DNA of 64,000 nt from positions 1,120 through 65,119 of the forward strand of contig NZ_JBDSFX010000053.1 in assembly GCF_039919315.1 (NCBI RefSeq). Direction: 5' to 3'. Of the stretch, positions 30,021 through 40,169 are shown piece after piece. Source of the stretch: Dyadobacter sp. (GTDB lineage Bacteria; Bacteroidota; Bacteroidia; Cytophagales; Spirosomataceae). The stretch's first letter is position 1, and every line of letters begins with the position of its first letter. A program made the translations under genes and the position numbers. The notes under the pieces are model-generated. The model had not been told where the DNA came from, did not search any database, and worked only from the letters and a program-made list of their open reading frames with translations.

Positions 30021-31406
30021 ATGAAGAACGATAAGGAGGTTGGTTTGGAGGAAACTGGACGGGTCTCGCCGGAAATTATATACCAGGATCTGTTTGAATA
30101 CAACCCGCAGCCAATGTGGGTTTATGACGTGGAAAGTTACCGGATACTCGATGTCAATGAAGCGGCGATAAGGCATTATGGGTATACCAAGGAAGAATTT
30201 TTGATTCTGACCATCAAAGATTTGCGTCCTGAAAAGGACATTCCTATTATTACCGCGGCCGTTGAAATCGTGAAGAAACACGAACGCTTGTTCACCTCAG
30301 GGGTGTACAGACATCAGAAAAAGAATGGCGAAATCATCCAGGTAAGGATCCAGGGGAATATTATTTACATCAATGGACGGAAAGCAGAGCTGATACTGGT
30401 GACGGATATTACCGCGCTGATCGTTGCCGAGACTGAAAAACAAGTCTCGAATGAGAAATTTAAAGCGATATTTCAACAGACCAGCGATGCCATTTTGCTT
30501 GGCGACGATCAGGGATATTGCATTGATTTTAATCAGGCAGCAGTTGACATGTTCGGGTACTCATCAGCAGAACTGAAAAAGGTCAATTTGAATGAGCTGC
30601 TGATCTTGTCTGACGGTATAGCGTTTGCTCGGCTATGGCAGAACTTCCTCAACGGTGACATTCTCAACGGCGTGATGAAGCTCAGAAAAAAAGATGGCTC
30701 TGTTATTTTCGGTGATTTTAATGCCAAACCGCACATTTTACCAAACGTTCATCTCAGCGTGATAACGGATGTGACGGAGCGCATGGAGAAAAAAATAGAG
30801 CTCATTGCGAGTGAGAGGCGTTTTAAGGCGCTGGTGCAAGAGGGCGCCGATCTGATCGCCATTCTGGATATTGAGGGTAATTATATGTTTGTCAGTGAGA
30901 GTAGCGCACGGATTTTAGGTATTCCGCCGGAAGAATTTATCGGTAAAAATGCCTTTGATTATATTCATCCGGAGGATAGAGAGCAGGTGCAGGTATTATT
31001 TTCGACCATCACCGAGCAAAAGCAGATCCGGACAGAGCCATTCCGCTTTATTGATTCAAATGGTGAGTACAGGTGGATCACTACCATTGCAACTAACCTG
31101 ACGGATGATCCGGCTGTGAGAGGCATCGTGACCAATTCCAGGGACATTACCGACACAGTAACGAAGTCGCAGGATCTGGAAAGAAGTAACGAGCTTTACA
31201 GATTGCAGAATGAAAAACTGAAAGAAATCGCATGGACTCAGTCGCATATTGTACGGGCACCCTTAGCGCGGCTCATGGGACTGATTGATTTACTCCAGAT
31301 AGGGGAATGTGGCGATCTTGGGAAGGAAGGAGTACTTACACACATCAAAAGTTCGGCAGATGAATTGGATAGGGTAGTAAAAGATATTGTCCATAAAGCA
31401 GACTAA
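30021..31406 (+). CDS. Multi-PAS protein ending in HisKA-like helices, no HATPase domain
   Basis: Three PAS domains (LFEYNPQPMWVYD; FQQTSDAI; YIHPEDR); SHIVRAPLARLMGL; stop soon afterwards. Confidence 0.85.
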   Translation: MKNDKEVGLEETGRVSPEIIYQDLFEYNPQPMWVYDVESYRILDVNEAAIRHYGYTKEEFLILTIKDLRPEKDIPIITAAVEIVKKHERLFTSGVYRHQKKNGEIIQVRIQGNIIYINGRKAELILVTDITALIVAETEKQVSNEKFKAIFQQTSDAILLGDDQGYCIDFNQAAVDMFGYSSAELKKVNLNELLILSDGIAFARLWQNFLNGDILNGVMKLRKKDGSVIFGDFNAKPHILPNVHLSVITDVTERMEKKIELIASERRFKALVQEGADLIAILDIEGNYMFVSESSARILGIPPEEFIGKNAFDYIHPEDREQVQVLFSTITEQKQIRTEPFRFIDSNGEYRWITTIATNLTDDPAVRGIVTNSRDITDTVTKSQDLERSNELYRLQNEKLKEIAWTQSHIVRAPLARLMGLIDLLQIGECGDLGKEGVLTHIKSSADELDRVVKDIVHKAD

Positions 31407-31411
31407 ATCCA

Positions 31412-31840
31412 ATGTCAATGAGTTCGGAATTGAAAATACTTTTAGTGGACGACGATAAGATCATGCTGTTTCTCCACGAAATGTTCCTGAAAAAGACTGG
31501 CGTACTGTGCGAAACGGTACTCTGCTACAATGGCCAGGAAGCCCTCGATTTTCTGGACACCCAGCAATCTACTCAGACCACCTTTTTGGTTTTGCTGGAT
31601 ATCAATATGCCTGTCATGAATGGATGGGAATTTCTGAGCTCGATCCGAGACCGGCCCCATTTGCCGCCCGTGCACATTGTGATGGTGAGTTCCGCTACTG
31701 AACAATCGGAACGGGAGCGGGCTTTCTCGTTTACCCACGTGATCGATTACCAGGCCAAACCGCTCACGATCGATAGCTGCAAAAAGATCATCGGAGCCGA
31801 ACAGGTTCGCGGTTTTTTTGACGACATCGTATTTGATTAA
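31412..31840 (+). CDS. Single-domain response regulator
   Basis: ILLVDDD, LLDINMPVMNGWEFL, MVSS, KPL. Confidence 0.93.
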   Translation: MSMSSELKILLVDDDKIMLFLHEMFLKKTGVLCETVLCYNGQEALDFLDTQQSTQTTFLVLLDINMPVMNGWEFLSSIRDRPHLPPVHIVMVSSATEQSERERAFSFTHVIDYQAKPLTIDSCKKIIGAEQVRGFFDDIVFD

Positions 31841-31951
31841 ACCCGTTACTAATAAGACGTTGTACAAATTAGAGGGCCTTATGCGTAAAGCCGCCACGGT
31901 TGATTATATTTAATTCCTTTTTGAGTTACATACTATACGAAAACCACCTCT

Positions 31952-33718
31952 TTGAAGAACGTCCCCAACACGGAACCATTTGAAAAGCTATGGCTGCGGG
32001 AGGCTGAGACGAAATCGCGACTGGCGAACAGGCTTTTTTGCATCACTTTTCTGATCTGTAATCCAGCGTCGTCGATCCCGTTTTACCTTGCCGGAGACCC
32101 GTTTTTTTACAATCTGTTTCGTACCCATCTGGTATCGGGCATTTTTATTATTGCACTGATGATCCTGAATTTTAAAAAGATTATTTCCGGTCAGCAAATG
32201 AGTTTTTACACCTACGCGATCCTGATCTTTTTCTACGCCTATCTGCTATCGTTTCCGCACCTATCATATGTTCAATCCTGCCTGAACCTCACGCTGGCGA
32301 TCATTTTCGCGGGACTGGTTCTCAGGTGGCCGCTGAAATATGCGCTGATCATCTCAGGCCTTAGCTTAACGCTTTTTCCTATATCTATCTATTTTTTTAG
32401 TGATATTACGCTGAGCACTTTTTTCATACAGGGTGCCATGTTTTTAACGATTGCCAATTTACTGTTCCCGTTTATCGTCAGGGTGAGCTACCAGAAAGAC
32501 AAACGGGAATTTTATTTCCGATATGCGTTGCAGGCGCATAATGAAGAGCTTGAAAAACAAAAAACGATCGCCGAGAATGTCACGAAGGCCAAGTCGAATT
32601 TTTTGTCAATGATGAGCCATGAGATCAGGACGCCGCTGAATGGGATTGTTGGAATAGTGCATTTAATGATGCTGGAAGAGACCGAGAAAAAAAAGGAGAA
32701 TGAACTGCTTCATACACTCAAATTTTCTGCGGATCATCTCATGGCAGTCGTGAACGAGGTGCTCGATTTCAACAAGATCAATTCCAATCACGTGGTTTTG
32801 GACCCAGTACCATTTGATCCCGGCCTGCTTTTTGAAAACCTTCGGAAAACATTCGTTCCCAAAGCCAATGAGAAAGGGATTGAACTGATTTTTGACATTG
32901 ACCCAGACCTGCCTTCGCAGCTCAATGCGGATACAGTCCGGCTGAACCAGGTCATTACCAACCTGATCCATAACGCTATCAAATTCACTGCTACCGGCTC
33001 TGTCAAATTTGTGGTGAAGGTAGCAGGTAAAGACGACGAGCGCATTTGGCTTGATTTTGAGGTGATAGATACCGGTATTGGCATACCGGCCGAAGAACAA
33101 AGTTCGATATTCGAGATCTTTGCACAAGCCAAGCCTACCGGCCAGCGAGAAAACCTGGGTACCGGTCTCGGTCTGGCGATTACGAAGGAGTTGCTCCGGC
33201 TTTTTGGTGGTGAAATTGCGCTCAAAAGCGAGGTAGGAAAAGGCTCGGTTTTTTCATTTCAACTCAACATGCCTTATCAGGATAAAATAGAACAGGTTAT
33301 GATAGTACCGGAAAAAGAAATGGTCCCCGCGACTTTCCCTCATTTGAAAGTATTGGTTGCCGATGATAACAAGACGAACCTGTTGTTGGCGACATTGCTT
33401 TTGCAACGTAGAAACATTCTTTTTGATACTGCAAGCAATGGCCAGGAAGCCTTTGAAATGTTCCAGAAGAATAGCTACGGCCTCATTTTAATGGACCTGA
33501 GAATGCCGGTAATGGACGGCTTTGAGAGTACTGCCCTGATTCGGCAGGTGAATCAGCAGATACCCATCGTCGCATTGACCGCCTCGGCATTCGAAGATGA
33601 GCGGGAACGCGCCCTGGCCAATGGTTTTACAGGCTACCTCATCAAGCCATTTGTACCCGAAGATTTTTACAATTACATTTTTTCGTTTCTCAACAGCCAG
33701 GCATCCAATGCGGTTTGA
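31952..33718 (+). CDS. Membrane hybrid histidine kinase (HisKA-HATPase-REC)
   Basis: Several N-terminal TMs; MSHEIRTPL, NLIHNAIKFT, DTGIGI, GTGLGL, LMDLRMP. TTG start uncertain. Confidence 0.9.
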   Translation: MKNVPNTEPFEKLWLREAETKSRLANRLFCITFLICNPASSIPFYLAGDPFFYNLFRTHLVSGIFIIALMILNFKKIISGQQMSFYTYAILIFFYAYLLSFPHLSYVQSCLNLTLAIIFAGLVLRWPLKYALIISGLSLTLFPISIYFFSDITLSTFFIQGAMFLTIANLLFPFIVRVSYQKDKREFYFRYALQAHNEELEKQKTIAENVTKAKSNFLSMMSHEIRTPLNGIVGIVHLMMLEETEKKKENELLHTLKFSADHLMAVVNEVLDFNKINSNHVVLDPVPFDPGLLFENLRKTFVPKANEKGIELIFDIDPDLPSQLNADTVRLNQVITNLIHNAIKFTATGSVKFVVKVAGKDDERIWLDFEVIDTGIGIPAEEQSSIFEIFAQAKPTGQRENLGTGLGLAITKELLRLFGGEIALKSEVGKGSVFSFQLNMPYQDKIEQVMIVPEKEMVPATFPHLKVLVADDNKTNLLLATLLLQRRNILFDTASNGQEAFEMFQKNSYGLILMDLRMPVMDGFESTALIRQVNQQIPIVALTASAFEDERERALANGFTGYLIKPFVPEDFYNYIFSFLNSQASNAV

Positions 33719-33743
33719 TGTGTTAATGTCACCAAAATGGAGA

Positions 33744-34277
33744 TTACTTTTCAGATTCTGAAAGGCTAAGGAAAGAGGTTTTAATGGCTTGGTGGTGTTC
33801 CCAGTCGTTCTTTACGAATATAGAACCTATTCCCAGACCTGCCAGGTCAGAATCGTATTTTGAAACTCCAAACTCCACAATGTTTAATGCTTCTTTAAAC
33901 CAAAGATCAAACAGCCTGTGTCGGCATTTGTCGCGGCCTTTGTGGGTATCGCAAATAACAATGATCCCTTGTACAGAAGTGCTTTTCAGGGAATCTGCCA
34001 ATAAATATTGAATTGTTTTTTTCACCCTGGGATCAATCTGTTTAGCCAGGCCAAATCGTTCGTCCTTTGATAAAAGACGAGCTTCACCTGCAATGCCAAC
34101 CGGCCCGAAGGTGAAGCTCAATATGTGATGATCGAATTCTGGATGATCTGGAAAATATCCCTCAGATGTGCTGAAATAGGCTTCGTATGCGATGTGCTGA
34201 TCAGTGATGAACTCATACTTCAATGAGCCTATCTTAACTACATTATACTGGTGTGACGAATTTGATTCCTCTGGCAT
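33744..34277 (-). CDS. Hypothetical protein (DUF6169-like)
   Basis: 177 aa; YEFITD...Y, DPRVKKTI, ICDT..GR...R.RLF..WF pattern recalled from Bacteroidota hypotheticals. Confidence 0.55.
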   Translation of the reverse strand: MPEESNSSHQYNVVKIGSLKYEFITDQHIAYEAYFSTSEGYFPDHPEFDHHILSFTFGPVGIAGEARLLSKDERFGLAKQIDPRVKKTIQYLLADSLKSTSVQGIIVICDTHKGRDKCRHRLFDLWFKEALNIVEFGVSKYDSDLAGLGIGSIFVKNDWEHHQAIKTSFLSLSESEK

Positions 34278-34422
34278 GTACCTCTTCGATGGATATTTCT
34301 CCGTTGAAAAAACGTTCAGTTATGTCCTTATCGTCGAGCATTTTCCTTACTGCTTCTTTCTTACTGAGTTTTTTAGCACCATAGGCAGCTTCTGCCACTG
34401 GTGCACTTGCCGTTTTGTTCAT
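34243..34422 (-). CDS. Small hypothetical protein, 59 aa (below the ORF-track cutoff)
   Basis: My translation: MNKTASAPVAEAAYGAKKLSKKEAVRKMLDDKDITERFFNGEISIEEVHARGIKFVTPV*; overlaps the start of the 177-aa gene by 35 nt. Confidence 0.6.
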   Translation of the reverse strand: MNKTASAPVAEAAYGAKKLSKKEAVRKMLDDKDITERFFNGEISIEEVHARGIKFVTPV

Positions 34423-34578
34423 GGTCTCTTAGTAAACTGGTTGAGTTGTGGGCCTTATATTTCCACAACATACAAATATATAAAATTCGTTTCTCAACTG
34501 AAAAAACCTGGTTAATTGTTGAATTCACACTTCTCTGACTAAAATAATATTTATTAATTCATTCGTTATATATTTTCT

Positions 34579-34586
34579 TAACTTTG
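34579..34586 (+). promoter_or_regulatory. Bacteroidota sigma-A -7 element upstream of the ECF sigma gene
   Basis: TAACTTTG matches TAnnTTTG, 35 nt before the ATG; no clear -33 TTTG seen. Confidence 0.4.
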
Positions 34587-34621
34587 ATTTTTGACAAGGG
34601 AAACAAAGTTCGGACGGCTGC

Positions 34622-35230
34622 ATGATAATTGGTGGAACTTCCTCTCAACTTAGGGATATCCGGCTCTGGAAAGAGCTGATTCAGGGTGACGACCAGGCAT
34701 TGGGTCAGCTGATGCACTTGCACTACAAGGCGCTGGTGAATTACGGATATAAGTTTGTGAAAGATGATGAATTTGTGAAAGACTGTATCCAGGATATTTT
34801 TATCGATCTGTGGAACAGCCGGACGCGCGTGGTCGAGCCTGATCATGTCAAAGCCTACTTATTCGTATCCCTTCGCCGCAAAATTTTCCGTAACCGTCGC
34901 AAACTCAGGTTAACTGAGGAAAGCAATACTGCATTGAATGATGACAGCCAGTTTCCAGTGGAATTTTCACCTGAATGGTGGCTGATCGAAGAAGAAACAT
35001 TGTCCCACAAAACCAGGCTCGTCGCCGAAAAACTGAATGCACTTCCGGTGCGCCAGCGGGAGGTGATCTATCTCAAATATTACCAGGAATTGAGCCGGGA
35101 AGAAATTTCAGATATCCTGTCCATTACTCCTCAAACCGTCTCCAATTTACTCCAACTGGCTTACTCCACGCTGCGAAAACACCTGGATTTGTCCTCCATC
35201 AGCCTTTTTTTATTTATTTTATGCTCTTGA
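34622..35230 (+). CDS. ECF sigma-70 factor
   Basis: GDDQALGQL, DCIQDIFIDLW, KAYLF, LPVRQREVIYLKYYQELS..EI. Confidence 0.93.
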   Translation: MIIGGTSSQLRDIRLWKELIQGDDQALGQLMHLHYKALVNYGYKFVKDDEFVKDCIQDIFIDLWNSRTRVVEPDHVKAYLFVSLRRKIFRNRRKLRLTEESNTALNDDSQFPVEFSPEWWLIEEETLSHKTRLVAEKLNALPVRQREVIYLKYYQELSREEISDILSITPQTVSNLLQLAYSTLRKHLDLSSISLFLFILCS

Positions 35231-35331
35231 ATGTCAAGTAGTTAAAAATAGAGTTATAAAAATTTCAAAAAAAAATATAAATATCATGGTATCTGTCTGG
35301 CTATTCCGGTATCTCGGTAATAACAGCACAT

Positions 35332-36444
35332 ATGCCCCCCATGATGAATTATCGTAAGTATAAGGCAACCGATTTTGTAACTGACCCCTATTTCCGTTCA
35401 TGGGTAATAGAGCAGGATCAGGATGCAGCGAGTTTCTGGGTAGACTGGCTCAATGATAACCCCGACAAAAAGGAAGAGGTGGATGAAGCGCGCGCGTTTT
35501 TGTATGTACTGGCCGAAAAACGGGATCAAACCAATGATGCCGAGATTAGGGACCGGGTGGAGGCCACGTTGAGGATGATTCAGGATCAGGTGGAAGAGAC
35601 GGACACATTGCCGGTTCGGAAACTCTGGTACCTGCGTTACGCACGCATTGCGGCTATGGTTACGCTGGCGCTGGGGCTAGGCTGGTTTGTAAGCCAGTAC
35701 CGGCAGGGCGGATTGCCGGGACAAAAGCCAGTTTCGAGCAGGTACTACGCGGAATCGGGCATTGTGCATTACAATGATACTCCGAAGCCGGTTACCATTG
35801 TTTTGGAGGATAGTAGTACGGTGATTTTGCAACCTGAAAGTGAATTGGAATACCCCAAAACTTTTGAAAAAGACAAAAGAGAAGTGCATTTGAAAGGCGA
35901 AGCTTTCTTCCAGATCACACGCAATCCTAACAGGCCATTCCTGGTACTGACGGACGAGCTCGTAACGCAAGTATTGGGTACGAGCTTTACGGTCAAGTCA
36001 TTTGAGAAAGATAGAAATGCCTCTGTATCAGTTAAAACGGGTAGGGTGTCTGTTTATTCAAAGCTGGAAGAGCAGTCGGCGAAAGAGTCATTATCCAAAG
36101 AAATAAAAGGCGTGGTGCTAAAACCTAACCAGCAGGTCCTGTTCGATAAAGAGGAATCAAGATTAGTAAAAGTGATCGTTAACAGCCCGCAGCGCATTTC
36201 TGATATTCCGGTTACTGCGCTGTTATTCGATGAAATTCCTGTTAAAAATGTTTTCAGGACGCTGGAAACGGAATATGGTATTGAGATAATTTTTAATGAA
36301 GAAGCGCTCTCGGCCTGTCTGCTTACTGCCAATCTTTCGGGATTGCCCATGTATGAGCAGCTGGACCTGATCTGTAAAATCATCAAAGCCCGGTATGAAA
36401 TGATCGACGGGCAGGTGGTTATTTATAGTGACGGGTGTAAATGA
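35332..36444 (+). CDS. FecR-family anti-sigma factor
   Basis: DFVTDPYFRSWV, single TM, REVHLKGEAFF, VLGTSF, V.TGRV, C-terminal DUF4974-like segment. Confidence 0.92.
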   Translation: MPPMMNYRKYKATDFVTDPYFRSWVIEQDQDAASFWVDWLNDNPDKKEEVDEARAFLYVLAEKRDQTNDAEIRDRVEATLRMIQDQVEETDTLPVRKLWYLRYARIAAMVTLALGLGWFVSQYRQGGLPGQKPVSSRYYAESGIVHYNDTPKPVTIVLEDSSTVILQPESELEYPKTFEKDKREVHLKGEAFFQITRNPNRPFLVLTDELVTQVLGTSFTVKSFEKDRNASVSVKTGRVSVYSKLEEQSAKESLSKEIKGVVLKPNQQVLFDKEESRLVKVIVNSPQRISDIPVTALLFDEIPVKNVFRTLETEYGIEIIFNEEALSACLLTANLSGLPMYEQLDLICKIIKARYEMIDGQVVIYSDGCK

Positions 36445-36516
36445 TTTTGTACAGAACTTAAACCACCATTAAAACCAGCGAGATATGAAAAAATAATTAC
36501 GTCATGAACATAAAAA

Positions 36517-36547
36517 AAGCCAATGATGGTTGCGACATCACCGGCTT
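36517..36547 (+). promoter_or_regulatory. Hairpin in the fecR-susC leader
   Basis: AAGCC-AA-TGATG-GTTGCGA-CATCA-CC-GGCTT nested stems preceded by an A-run. Confidence 0.45.
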
Positions 36548-36633
36548 TCCAAATGCCCCACCTTGTAATACCCTCCGAATGCACGGAAAGGGTCCAGTGA
36601 GTTTTTTGCCCCAATCTTTCATTAGAACAAAAA

Positions 36634-39600
36634 GTGTTTAAAGTTATGCCCGGAATTTATTTTCTCAAAACAATTGTGTGGGATACTATGAAATTATCCT
36701 TATTACAGTTATGCATCGCGGTGGTATTCACGGGAGTGACGTTTAGTCATGACCGTTTATCGGCCCAGGAATTATTGGAGAGGCGGATCACGCTCAAAAT
36801 AGAGGACAAGAGCCTGAAAAACGTGCTGTCTTCCATTGAACGGACTTCTGAAATCAAATTTATATATAACCCTAACGAGATCAGGTCGTCGGCCAAAGTG
36901 AATTTTAATGCCTCGAATGAGCCGCTGGCGGACGCATTGAATAAACTTTTTCGTCCCTTGGCAATCCGTTATGAGGTTGCAGGTAAGCAGGTTATGCTTT
37001 TTAAGGAAAATAAAAGCTCCTTTACCGAAGACACTGTTGAGCCGGAAAGCAATGTGGCTACCGAATCCACCGAGGCAGCAGTACTGGCTGGGGTAAAAGG
37101 CAAGGTATCCGACGAAAAAGGCGACGGTTTGCCTGGTGTAAGCGTGGTCGTGAAAGGCACACAACGCGGTACTACTACCAATTCAGCCGGTGTTTACGAT
37201 CTTGAACTTGGCTCGGGAGACAACACGCTGATCTTTTCATTTGTGGGTTATCTGTCTCAGGAAGTGACTGTTGGATCAAGATCTGTAATCGACATTGCCC
37301 TCAAAGTCGATACCAAAGCATTGGAGGAAGTGGTCGTAGTAGGTTATGGTGAAATGAAACGCGCCGACCTGACCACTGCTCAAACCTCTGTAACAGCCAA
37401 GGACATTGCCAGAACGACGAATACCACTTTGGAACAAGCCATTCAAGGTCGCTCTGCGGGTGTGTATGTGACCCAGAACTCAGGCCAGCCTGGCGGGGGG
37501 ATCTCGGTGAATATCCGCGGCGTAAACTCGATCAGCGGAAGTAATGAACCCTTATATGTAGTCGATGGAGTTCAGATCCAGGGACAGTCGGTTTCGTTCG
37601 GGCAGCAGAGCTCATCGAACCCGCTGGCAGGTTTGAATCCTGCTGATATTGAGTCGATTGAAGTATTGCAGGGGCCTTCTGCTACCGCCATTTATGGTTC
37701 CAGGGCTACGAATGGGGTCCTTTTGGTAACTACAAAAAGAGGTAAATCAGGCGATACTAAAATCTCATACGGATATCAATATAGCGTGCAGACGCCGCCT
37801 CCATCATTGAAAGTGATGGACCTGAAACAATATGCGCAGATGGTAGGCGAGTATCACCAGCTTGCCGGAGGCGATACACCCACTGAATTCCTGGACCCGT
37901 CACTGCTGGGCAAAGGAACAGACTGGCAGAAAGAGCTTTTTAAAAATGCCCCGATGAACAAGCATCAGCTCAGCCTGAGCGGGGGAAATGATAAGACAAC
38001 TTACTATTTATCAGGAGAATATCTGAAACAGGAAGGTGTGGCGCTGGGTTCGGGATTTAACCGGTATGCATTCAGATTGAACCTGGACAACAAGCCGAGG
38101 GAATGGGCGACGATCGGAGCAAACCTGAGCTTTAACCAAACCAATGATAACCTGACCACCAGCCAGGAGAATGTGATTTCCAGTGCATTGCAGCTGACGC
38201 CGCAAGTACCTGTCAAAAACATAGACGGTACCTGGGGCGGTGGTGATGAAAACAACGGAGCGAACCAGTTTGCACCCGTTAACCCGATCGCCATTGCCAA
38301 TTTGACTACGAATAAGCTGGTTCGAAGGCAGTTGTTGGGTGGTATCAATGTAGGTGTGAAAATAATGCCGGGATTGAATTTGCGGACTTCATTCAATACA
38401 AACCTGGGTTTTTCAAACTCGTCTTACTATGTGCCCACTTACAAGATCGGCTGGGCGCAGAATGTGACGGCATCGTATAACAATGGATCAGGCGTGAATA
38501 CGTATTGGAACTGGAACCAGTTGCTGGAATATAACAAGCAGTTTGGCAAGCACAGCATTAATGTCATGCTGAGCCATGAGTCGCAGGAGTCGTCCTGGAA
38601 GAACCTGGGCGGTACCAGAACAGGTTTTTTAACCAACGACATTCTCGACCTGGCTGCGGGTGATGCATTAACAGCCAGCAATTCAGGAGGTTCGGGCGAC
38701 TGGGCCATGGAATCATACCTGGGCAGGCTGAACTATAACTACGGCGACAAGTACATTGTGATGGGAACTGTGAGACGCGACGGTTCTGCCAATTTCGGAG
38801 CGGACAACAAATGGGGATTCTTCCCGTCAGTGTCTGCCGCGTGGCGGGTTTCGCAGGAAGCGTTTTTCCAGGTACCTGCTATCAGCGAGTTGAAACTGAG
38901 ATTTGAAACAGGTATTACCGGAAACCAGGGCAGCGGAGGGATTTATTCACCAATGGGTACGGGTACTACACCAACGACAACCGGTTTCTTGCCAACCAAA
39001 TACAGCAATGCAGGTTTGAAATGGGAGGAAACCAAAACCAATAACTTCGGTATCAACCTGGCACTTTTCGAAAACCGCATTCAGTTTGAATTTGACTATT
39101 ATATTAAAAATACGGACAACCTGTTGATGGAGAAGCCATTACCATGGTATATGGGAACCAATGGTAATGGAGCGGTGGGTTCGCCGACTGTGAACATTGG
39201 TGCGCTGCAAAACAAAGGATGGGGTTTCACGGTGAATACCGTCAATATCAACAAGGGCGGGTTCAAATGGGAGTCCAACCTGAACCTTTCCAGTTTCAAA
39301 ACCAAGATCAAGTCATTCTATTCCGACGCGGCTTTTGTAGACCGTACTTCGTGGTGGATGGCCGACTGGACACAGCGATCGGAAGTGGGAAAAGCACCAT
39401 GGTTGTTCCGTGGATATGTGGAGGAAGGTATATTCCAATCCGTTGCTGAGATCGAGAGCAGCGCATTGCCTGTGGATAACAATGGTGTAAAACTGCCGGT
39501 TAATGTCAATAATATTTGGGTCGGTGATGTGAAATTCAAGGATATCAATGGCGACGGCATTATCAATGAAAATGACCAGACGGTGATCGGAAATCCTTGG

Positions 39601-40158
39601 CCGAAGTTGTTTTCAGGATTTACAAATACATTTTCCTACAAAGGCTTCGACCTGAGCGTTTTGCTGACAAGTACCTATGGTAATGATGTTTACAACTATC
39701 TCGGCAAACTGAATACCAATGCAAGCAACATCAATTTGAGCCGTAACCTACTGGTACATGCTATGGATTATGCCAAACCGATTACTAAGGATGACGGTAC
39801 TGTAGGGTTGTCCAACCCCGGCACCGATGTGGCGCGGATCTCGAATGGTCCGAATGGCAACTTCGCGAGACATACCGATAAATGGGTGGAGGACGGTTCC
39901 TTTATCAGACTGAAAAATGTGTCGCTGACTTATAACCTGCCGGTATCGCTGGTATCGCGCCAGAAAGTGATCAGAGGGGCGAGATTTACGGTAGGTGCGC
40001 AAAACCTGGCCACTATTACGGGTTACTCAGGTTTTGACCCGGAGGTAGGTGCCTATGTATCACGTGATGCGAGCGCTTCCAATCAGGCCATCGGCCTCGA
40101 CTACGGACGGTATCCTTTGACACCGGTTTACACATTCAGTTTAGGCTTGGATTTCTAA
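36634..40158 (+). CDS. SusC/RagA TonB-dependent transporter with N-terminal STN extension
   Basis: STN-like domain, LEEVVVVGYG, NEPLYVVDG, SATAIYGSRATNG, WEET, EDGSFIRLKN; true start uncertain (36634-36688). Confidence 0.95.
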   Translation: MFKVMPGIYFLKTIVWDTMKLSLLQLCIAVVFTGVTFSHDRLSAQELLERRITLKIEDKSLKNVLSSIERTSEIKFIYNPNEIRSSAKVNFNASNEPLADALNKLFRPLAIRYEVAGKQVMLFKENKSSFTEDTVEPESNVATESTEAAVLAGVKGKVSDEKGDGLPGVSVVVKGTQRGTTTNSAGVYDLELGSGDNTLIFSFVGYLSQEVTVGSRSVIDIALKVDTKALEEVVVVGYGEMKRADLTTAQTSVTAKDIARTTNTTLEQAIQGRSAGVYVTQNSGQPGGGISVNIRGVNSISGSNEPLYVVDGVQIQGQSVSFGQQSSSNPLAGLNPADIESIEVLQGPSATAIYGSRATNGVLLVTTKRGKSGDTKISYGYQYSVQTPPPSLKVMDLKQYAQMVGEYHQLAGGDTPTEFLDPSLLGKGTDWQKELFKNAPMNKHQLSLSGGNDKTTYYLSGEYLKQEGVALGSGFNRYAFRLNLDNKPREWATIGANLSFNQTNDNLTTSQENVISSALQLTPQVPVKNIDGTWGGGDENNGANQFAPVNPIAIANLTTNKLVRRQLLGGINVGVKIMPGLNLRTSFNTNLGFSNSSYYVPTYKIGWAQNVTASYNNGSGVNTYWNWNQLLEYNKQFGKHSINVMLSHESQESSWKNLGGTRTGFLTNDILDLAAGDALTASNSGGSGDWAMESYLGRLNYNYGDKYIVMGTVRRDGSANFGADNKWGFFPSVSAAWRVSQEAFFQVPAISELKLRFETGITGNQGSGGIYSPMGTGTTPTTTGFLPTKYSNAGLKWEETKTNNFGINLALFENRIQFEFDYYIKNTDNLLMEKPLPWYMGTNGNGAVGSPTVNIGALQNKGWGFTVNTVNINKGGFKWESNLNLSSFKTKIKSFYSDAAFVDRTSWWMADWTQRSEVGKAPWLFRGYVEEGIFQSVAEIESSALPVDNNGVKLPVNVNNIWVGDVKFKDINGDGIINENDQTVIGNPWPKLFSGFTNTFSYKGFDLSVLLTSTYGNDVYNYLGKLNTNASNINLSRNLLVHAMDYAKPITKDDGTVGLSNPGTDVARISNGPNGNFARHTDKWVEDGSFIRLKNVSLTYNLPVSLVSRQKVIRGARFTVGAQNLATITGYSGFDPEVGAYVSRDASASNQAIGLDYGRYPLTPVYTFSLGLDF

Positions 40159-40169
40159 AAACTATCGAG

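Noticed and set aside
34204-34515. 103-aa + strand ORF
   Set aside because: Antisense to the minus-strand two-gene cassette, with implausible composition.
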